A stretch of DNA of 64,000 bases, from contig JAJDCD010000012.1 in assembly GCA_029261035.1 (NCBI GenBank), positions 6,958-70,957 of the forward strand, in the 5' to 3' direction. The stretch's first letter is position 1. Each line of letters opens with the position of its first letter. A model generated the notes under the pieces. The model was not told the DNA's origin, did not search any database, and saw only the letters and a list, made by a program, of their open reading frames with translations. Positions 28,483-37,400 of this stretch are shown here, one piece after another. Both the position numbers and the translations under genes were made by a program. Source of the stretch: Candidatus Omnitrophota bacterium (GTDB lineage Bacteria > Omnitrophota > Omnitrophia > Omnitrophales > JACROU01).

Positions 28483-31400
28483 TTAGGCAGCTGCTTGAAT
28501 GGCTTTCCAAGCATTGATGTCAGCAAGTAATGTATCCCAAAGAGCGGCTCCACCTGCTAATTCAATACCGGTATATATCTTGGTATCAAATTGCTTACGA
28601 CTGAAGTCCAGAAGTTTCTTAGCAAGCAAGGTAGCTGTTAAGTTGTGTTGTGTTGTATCGCCAGAAGAGACTTTAGCTAATAACAGTCCTCTTTGAGCCG
28701 TTACATCTCCAACAACCTCTTCAACACCCACAAGACCTGTCGGAACTTTCTGCAATTTAATTGTTTCATTTAGACTACGATCGAGATTCTCTGGAGCAGA
28801 AACAATCACTAAGTTATCTGGATAGAGACCATATTCAGCAATAGCCAGATCTCGAACCTCCGTTTTTAAGGCTGCTATTCGTTCAGCATTACCAGAAAAC
28901 CACAAGGTCAACTTTAATGCTTTATCCATACCTGCAAGCAAGACAAGTTCTTGTAAATCAGTAGCCACTGTCTTGTCTGTCACTTCTCTATGCACAAACA
29001 AGGCTCGTGATGTACTTGTATTTGCATCTGGAAGTACATTAAAGATTCGCCCCAATTCCTGAGTTGCCGTTGGTGTTAAGCGAATAACATCCGCACTCAA
29101 GATCGTATTATCTGCGATTTGAGCCAACTCAGCTGGAAGAGCAATATCGAAAGAAGTTAATACTTGTTCTTGAAGTTCTCTTCCGTACTCTTCTAAGACC
29201 AATGGTAGAGTTAAATCTCTTGGTCCTGTAAAAATTGTTTTAAACTCAGGAGTAACAAAGCTTGCAACCTGAGCTCCTAAACTTTTTGCTGCTGTTTGAG
29301 CTTCAACAATTACTCTTGTTTTATCGAGTACCTTAGAAGCATTCTCGATTATAGCTTCAGTTGCTATTGGTGTAACCACTTCAAGAGGTGAACTATTTTG
29401 TCTTATAGATTCCCCCACAAGAAAACCAACACGTTCACCTATGGATTCAACAATACTTGGCATATCTAATCCAAGTATCGTCGTAAATACACCAGAAACA
29501 CCACCCCCATTAATAACGTAGTCTACAGCCCACAGAATACCTGTGTCGAATAATTGCGCAGATAATTGACGTGCTTTATTAGCAACAAATTGTTCATTTG
29601 CAGCACCTGCAACAATTTTAATTCCAGCTTCACTCAATCTTGCAATAGTATCCTGATCCAAAATATATTTAATTGCTGTTGGACTAAATACAGATGCCGG
29701 AACATCATAAATCTGATCTGATTTTGCAAGCAAAGCAACACTTCCATTCTCAAGACTACCAAAATTAAATGTTGAAACATCTGGAATTGTAGGAACGTTG
29801 GAATAAGTTTCTTTGACAATAGCATGTTGACTATCAAGTTCACTCATAACGACAATAGCTCCCTCTTCTATCAAAGCTTTAACTAAAGGAGTTCCAACAC
29901 CACCCTGTCCGCCTTGAACAGCTATTATTTTACCTTCAAGAGTTACATCTTCACCAAATACTTTTTGAATAGAAGCCTTAATCCCATTAAAAACACCTCT
30001 TGCTGTCCAAGGAGATGCATTATCACCCCCAAGAGCAAGATCTTTGTGCCCTACAACGTGACTTGGGGAAGTTTCCCCTATCGTCAACAATAAGGGTAAT
30101 GGTGTATTCATGTCTTGTCCCACAAATGTCACTGGTATATTCTCTAAAACTCTACCAAGACTGAGATATGCATCTCTTAATTTTCCTCTTTCAACCTGAG
30201 AAAGGTTCTCAATTTTTTTATTTGGATCAAGACCATCTACCTGAATCATTGTCTTTGACCCGCCTAAAGGTAATAAATCGAGACCAATCATGGCATTCTT
30301 ACTTGTCATAGCTCGAGATAAAGTCAAAGCTGAAATCATTTGAGCTTCTCTAGAATCCCATTTTAATCGGCGAACACCTCCAATAGCACCAGACATCAAC
30401 CATTGTTCTGTTCCATATTTCTTATAAGGAAGTAAATGATGTAAACCAATAATAGCTGTATAACCAACACTCTCATTTCTAGCAATAACAAGTCCCACAT
30501 GACCTTCCCAAACATCACTTACATGAGAAGGTAAACTAGAAGGATCTGTTATTCTGGTTACCTTTGTTCCATCATTTAATGTCAGACCTTCTTCAGGAAT
30601 CAAATTCTCAACCCATTGACGTCCTAGTATTTGCATTTCCTTGAATGCTCCATCCCCCAAAGAATTTGCTATAGCAGATTCTAATTTAGATTGTTCATCA
30701 ATAATAAACGAAGGAACATTTTTAAGCTTTCCTAGAAAATCTCTTCTACCAGAAACTTCTTGTTCCCAATAACCAGAATCAACTGTAGTTGTAATGCTTA
30801 AAAGATCTGATGGATCAATATCCACCCCATCAAAATGAACACTCCCCTTTTTAGGGACAAGACCAACAGAAGTTTCAGTATAGTTATCAGCTCCACTAGC
30901 TCTCTCTAACGCCCAAAGAATAACTCGAAAGTTTTCCATAAACCCAGGCCAAATATAACTACCATCTTCGTTTTGTCTAAACCAATTAACATGAAAGAAA
31001 GCTGGAGCTTGCTCTCCAAGAGAACCAATCACTCTTAATTTATTTTCCATATCTGCTGCTTCTGTTTGAGAAAAGAAAGGACGATTTGCAAAAGGATCTC
31101 TTTTCATAACACCTTCTTCTCCAGCTGCTGCTGCTGTACCCATAACACCCATAACAGCACCATCATAGATACCTGATTCTATCGTAGGAAGCTGACGTAC
31201 TAAAAGTTCTCCTTCAGGAATACGACCACCCCAGAAGATTGCGCTAATACGAACACCCTTAGGATCTCTCCAGTGTTCTGACATGATTTCATCTTGAACA
31301 CGTTCTGCAGATGCTGCATAGCGTGCATTTGGATGAGCCCATTCTCTTGGCTCTAGCTTTTTGGACACTTTATTCTTTTGAAGTCGTTCTCCAGAAGACC

Positions 31401-34400
31401 AGTCAGCAATCTTTTCTCCGGTCCAATCTTCCCAACCTTCTAGATCTGGAGTTCCAACTTTAAGGGTTTCAGACCCTTCTATATATGTTTCTTCTCCAAA
31501 TGCCCATGCTTTGTAATGAGCTTTACTTTTAAATCCTGGAGGGAATTTGGTTTTATCTGTCCACCATACTTCATTTGTAATTGTGTTAATTGCAACATTG
31601 GTAAATATTGTCCCCGTGTTTGGACCAATGGCTACCATTGCTTTTGGTGTTTGCTCCGCATTCGTACCTTTTGCAACACCAAAATAACCATTCTCAGCAT
31701 TGGTTGCATAAAGCCCTTCACCTTCACGAGCACGTGCGAAAATAATGTCATCACTGACAACACGAACTTCGTACTTACCTTTAAGAGCATCTGGAACTTC
31801 GATCATAGCAAAATTCGTTTTCCCAGAAGCACTTGGCGCTGCATATGCTACATAATCAAGTTTTCCTGTTTCAAGATTCTTGATTTCAACCACAGCCATA
31901 TGCTCTGCTAACCAACCTTCTTTAATTGCACTCCAAGTTGCATAACGAAGTGCATGAAACTTTTTGTTTAATAGAGCATTCCCACCATAATTAGAGCCGT
32001 AAGACATAATCAACATTTCATCAGGAAAAATACCGTAATTCCTTAAATCGACACCATCTTCAGCTTCTTCAATAAACTCTTTTCTAGCATCGCCTTCAAG
32101 ACCCAACTCATTCGCTTCTTGTGTTGCTTTCTCATTCGCTTCTGCAATAAGAGAGTATATTTTATCTATATCACCAGGTTCATGAACACCACGAACAAAT
32201 TTTTCTTCATCACCTAGTTCTGCCAGAGCTACATTACCTACCTTAGCAAGTCTGAACATATTTAAAGCCACATATCGACTTGATGTTACCTGAACACCCA
32301 CCTGAGAAAGGTCAGAGCCAGCAGTTCCCATTAGATATGGAAGAACATACATTGTTTTGCCAGCCATAGAACCTTTTAACAGACCTTCCATAACTTCTTT
32401 CTTTTCTGCTGTTGGACTCCAGTTGTTATAGTGCCCTGCATCCTCTGGGTTTTCTGTTGCGACAAACGTCTTTTTAACAGAACGCGCCGTATCTTTTTTA
32501 TGAGAACGTGTGTAATAGTTACCATCTGCGAGTTTTGTTAATTCTCCTGCGGCAACAGCTTGCTCAAGTAAAGCAGCGTCATCTGATTCGTCTACAATCT
32601 GAATATCCGCAGCCCCTGTAAACTCAACCATTTCACGAATCCAGCTTTGCAACGCAACATTAGATAAAGTTGAAATCTTATCTTCAATTGCTGCACCTAA
32701 ACTAGAAGCTTCTGTTGTTGTTTGAGTCCAATCGTATACGCTCAAAGGAAAAGTATCATAAACAAAGTCATGAGCCTCCAAAGCTTTCTGAGCTAAAGTC
32801 AATCGACTTATATTTTGAATTGTTGCTTTTTCTGATACTTTCGCTTTGGCATTACTAAGTTTTTTAGTAACATTTTCACGAGAATCAAAAATTGCATCCA
32901 ACAAAGCATCTCTCTCAGAAGCATTCGATTCAATTACAGCTAGCAGCACACGCGAACCATAAGTAATCCATTCATCGTGAGTCAATTTTCTTTTTAATAT
33001 TTCCATAATGACAGGAGATTTGCTTTTATCAAAAGCCCCACCTGGATTATCATTAAAGTATTCAGTTACCGTCAAATCTCTTTCTTGTAACATTTCAAGA
33101 ATAAGTTCTTTAGTAACTTTTTCGCCATTTTTAACTTCTCTACCATCATGAAGAATTTGTCCACCTTCATCCAACTCGATACCATGAATTTCTAACAACT
33201 TAACCCAATGCCAGAAAATTTCATAAGTAGCAAAGTCGTTCATTAAACGTTTACCTGTAAATACGTGTTTACCCGCATCATTGGTAAGACGTTCTTTTTC
33301 CGTTTTATAATCATCAACAGCGGCTGCATTATTTCCATTCAACTGTTGGAACCCATACTCTGAAGCCATAAAAATTGCATAACGAATTCCATCTAGTGTT
33401 ACTTTACCAGTTGGAGTTGTGAATATTTTCGCATAAGCTTCTTCAGAGAATAACTCATCTAAATCTTTTTGAGTAACGATATAAGGAGTAATTCCTCCTG
33501 CATCAGAAACAAGTCCTAAGTTAATGAATTTTTGTCTTTCTTCTACAGATAAACCATCTACTAAAGCTTGCAAGTCTTCTCTAGTTGCTTGTAACGGTTT
33601 AGCGCCTGCCTCTACATATTTCGTGGATACAGTAGCAACCCAACTTTGACGATAGGCATCAAACTCAACTCCATCTATAACAAGAAGACCTGTTAATCGT
33701 TCACGGAGTTTATCTAAAAACATTGCTTGAACAGCACCGTCATTAGTAGCTTTCTTAGCCGCAGCAATCTCTTCCGTGTCTGTTGCTTTAATTGGAGTTT
33801 CCATTACAGCAGACATTCCACCGATCGGCATACCATTCTCCAGAGCACCCGTTTCACGATTTCCTGTTACTAGTACTGTAATTAAAGCATTCCTACGCGT
33901 GTATTCCGTCATAGAGGCTTCTGTCATACCAACGCTATTAGGATCAGGAAATACTTTTGAAGGGTCATCTTTAACCATCTCAAAACGCCCATTAATATAA
34001 TCCCAACGACCTACATTAGGTCCAATTAAGTTTTCTCTTAAAATCCAAAGAATTACTTCTTGCTGAGCAGCATAAGTCCCTCTTTCATTCAACATTTCTA
34101 TTTTTATAGAACCCCTTTCAAGACCTAGAGTTTCTTCAAATCGCTTAAGAATCTTAGAAATAATCAAAGCTTCTTCAGGAGATTCAATTTTAGGGACATA
34201 AAAGTAAACATTACTCTCATTTTCTTTTTGAGCATCATAGTTATTCAATAAATGGATTGTAAATGCTGCAATCGTCGCAGGAATATTTCTACCATCTAAA
34301 GTAATTTGTCTGTTTTTTAGATGAAGCCCAGGAACACGATGAAAAATGGTTGGCCATTGATCACGATCCACTTTGATACTATATTCTTTAGGTTCACCTT

Positions 34401-37400
34401 CTTTATTTTTCTTTGTAGGATGTTTGAACGCACGTCCTATCCAGGTACCCGATATCACTTCCTTAATATAAGTCCATGCTTGATAGAGTTTTTGTTGATA
34501 GTCATTACCCGCGTCCTCCCAGTCAAACATCCAAGACACAGCGCCTTTTAACCCTGCGTTAATAGCTCCCATCAACATACCCATATCATCGGCTGGCCCC
34601 GTTCCTTGCAGACCGGCTTTTAGAACTTCTGCTGGGACTGGCACTGTTGAGTTCATAACCCAACGATACTGAGAGTCTTTATTTATTAAACCTTCACGAA
34701 TTTGTTCAACCGTTAAAGTGTTTCCATCCGCGTCGGTCAATTCTTTTGAAGGGTCCGCAAAACCATAACCTTCACCCGAATCTCGTCGAGCTTTTCTAGC
34801 GTGTAGTTGCTTTCCAATTTCTAAACCAAATTCACGCGTCAACGATTCAATCGTTCCTTCTACATTTACCGTTCTGCCATTTACTTCTTTATCACCGAAA
34901 AGACCTGAAAAATCTTCAGCCAAATCTTCGCGAACTACAAGCCCTTCTGTTGTGGTATTTACATCAACATCAGATTTAGCAGAAAGATTAAATTGATTAG
35001 ATGTATCAACATCATTACCTTTTTCTCTTGAAGAGGCTGTTCCATTTGCTATTCTGTTAATAGATGCTAATTGAGCACCTCTCACTTCAGCACCTGCAGA
35101 ATTTTGATGTCTATTGGTGAAAGGAGATCCTATTTTCTGACCCACCTGCTGAACCATAGACACAAATGCATAAGCACCCACTTTAACTAATTCTCTCATT
35201 ACTCGATAAACGTTTAAATGAGCAACATGATCTTGAAAAATGGTTACGAATTGGAATGCAAAACCTTGCTTACCCATATCCGTACTAAAAGTTCTTAAAG
35301 CATCAACCATCGCCTGAACATCTTCAGGGTTGTCACCCCATGTATCCGGTTGACCCCAATCAAAATCTTTTGATTGCATTGCTTTTTTAATATTAGCTCT
35401 TTGCTCTAAGCTCAAAGCAGCATGCCAGTTATCAGGGTTATTCCAGTTAAAAGATGGAGATAAATTCACTGCCTTAAGTGGTTTAAAACCTAACTCTGGA
35501 TCATTGTCTACAATATCAGCAAACGCTTTTGCATTTTTTAAATCGGGTTCTTTTTGTTCCATCCACAAAATATCTGCTGCACGAGCTGCCATTCTCAAAC
35601 GGATCCCTGCATTTGTAACACCCAACGAGTTATCAATTTGAAAAAAACCTTCACTTGTTTGAGCTAACGTGTGATCCCAATAAATTTCAATATTAAAACT
35701 ATTTATTGCTAACTCTCTTAAATCCTGAAAATCCAAAGTAATCTCTAAAGGATTAGTAGCTTCGTTCCATGCCTCGACTTCACCGCTACGGCCAGCTTCC
35801 ACCAAAGCTCTTTCAACAGCTTGAGGATAAGTCATAACATCTGCTTCTTGAGCCCAAACATTAGTCAACCTAGAAGATGCCGCAACCTCCTCTTCCCAGC
35901 CGGAGACTTCCGCATCTAAGACTTCTTGAATTGTCCACTCTTTACCAGAAGCATCAACAACAACGTTATTTAAACGCACTCTAAAGTTCGGATCTTCTAG
36001 CTCAATAGCAAGTCTATTCGACCAAAGTTCATCCACATAAACAGGGTTTCCACCATACTTTGGAGTCAAACTTTCATTATGCTCTAAAAGCCTCTCTTTT
36101 TCTTCTCCTCTAATATTCCAAACCTCTCTAATAGAAGCCGCAATTTTGGGAAAATTAGCTTCGATTTCCGAAAGCCTAACTTCAGGGTCAACACCTCTGT
36201 TATATTCTTTTTTATGAGATAAACGAATCACATCTTTTAAAGAAGGTATTCCTTCAACTGTAGCACCTTTAATAAAGTAATGATCTTCAGCTGAATTATC
36301 ATCTTCAAGTAACTTTGCTCCTTCAGCATCACTGCGTGCAATAATTACCAAAGTTGAGCTTCGACGAATGGCTTCATAACGAATATCCCATAGACGCTTC
36401 ATAAACTCACCTAAAGAAGTCAACACTTTACCAGCCATATGACCACATTTTTTTTGTCCATGTGCTTGGTCTTCAATATGAATCGATGCTGATTTTGCAG
36501 CAATAAACAAAGAAGCTAATTGAGTCGGAGATTTATGAGCAGTATCTCCATCAGCGTAAATAGGAATTAATGCATTTAATAAAACATCATTCAAATTTTC
36601 AAGAACTCCAGCCACTGCTTTCTCTCTATTTGCCTTTAAGTTGTCACTAGAAAAGCCTACATAATTTTCTCGATTACTAATTAATTCAGAAATAAAGCCA
36701 TCCCCTAATTCTGTAGCAAAGTTTTCAAAATCTTCTCTAACTTCTATTGTAAATATATACTGTCTTGCTCTAACAGAATCGACAAACGAGCGAATCAATG
36801 CTGGCTTCATTTGCTCTAAAGATGCTTTGTTAGGAGCCCTTCTTAATATTTGGAATAAATTGGGAAAGAACTTTTTAGTTAGATCTCTAGACAAAGTTCT
36901 GAATTGATATTGTAAGTTTTTGTCCAAGTTAACTAAACCCGTGTAAATTTCTTTAACTTCATTTGGAACACTATCCAATTGGTACTGAGCTAAATCTGGC
37001 TCCCCCATATGATGCGATGTTTGCCAACCACTTAAATACAAAGCTTCTGCCCCTGCCTCAACAGCTGCTTTAGCTGTTACAGAATCCATCACACCACCGG
37101 TCGCTGCAAAAGTACCTTGCTCCGCATGCTTCATAACAAGATAATACAAAGAATCTGCTAATGCATTAGCTGTTTCTGGCACATCTAAAACGCTCCCTGC
37201 CAATCTGTGAAACTCTTCAGCAGTCCATTTCTTATCCTCTCTCATAAATTTAGCAATTCGACTAAATCGATCTTGAGCTAAGAATTTTTTAAAATGTGCT
37301 ACTGTGGGTTCAATTCTTTTAGCCTCTGGCAAAGCACCCAAACTATTGGCAGATACATTAACCACTTCATTAAAAACTGGAAATTCCGCCAACAGATCCT

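Noticed and set aside
28499-28696. 65-aa plus-strand ORF downstream of the TTGGCAC...GC sigma54-like match
   Set aside because: It overlaps the 3' end of the giant gene in antisense, has no RBS, and its sequence is compositionally unremarkable. Treated as spurious.
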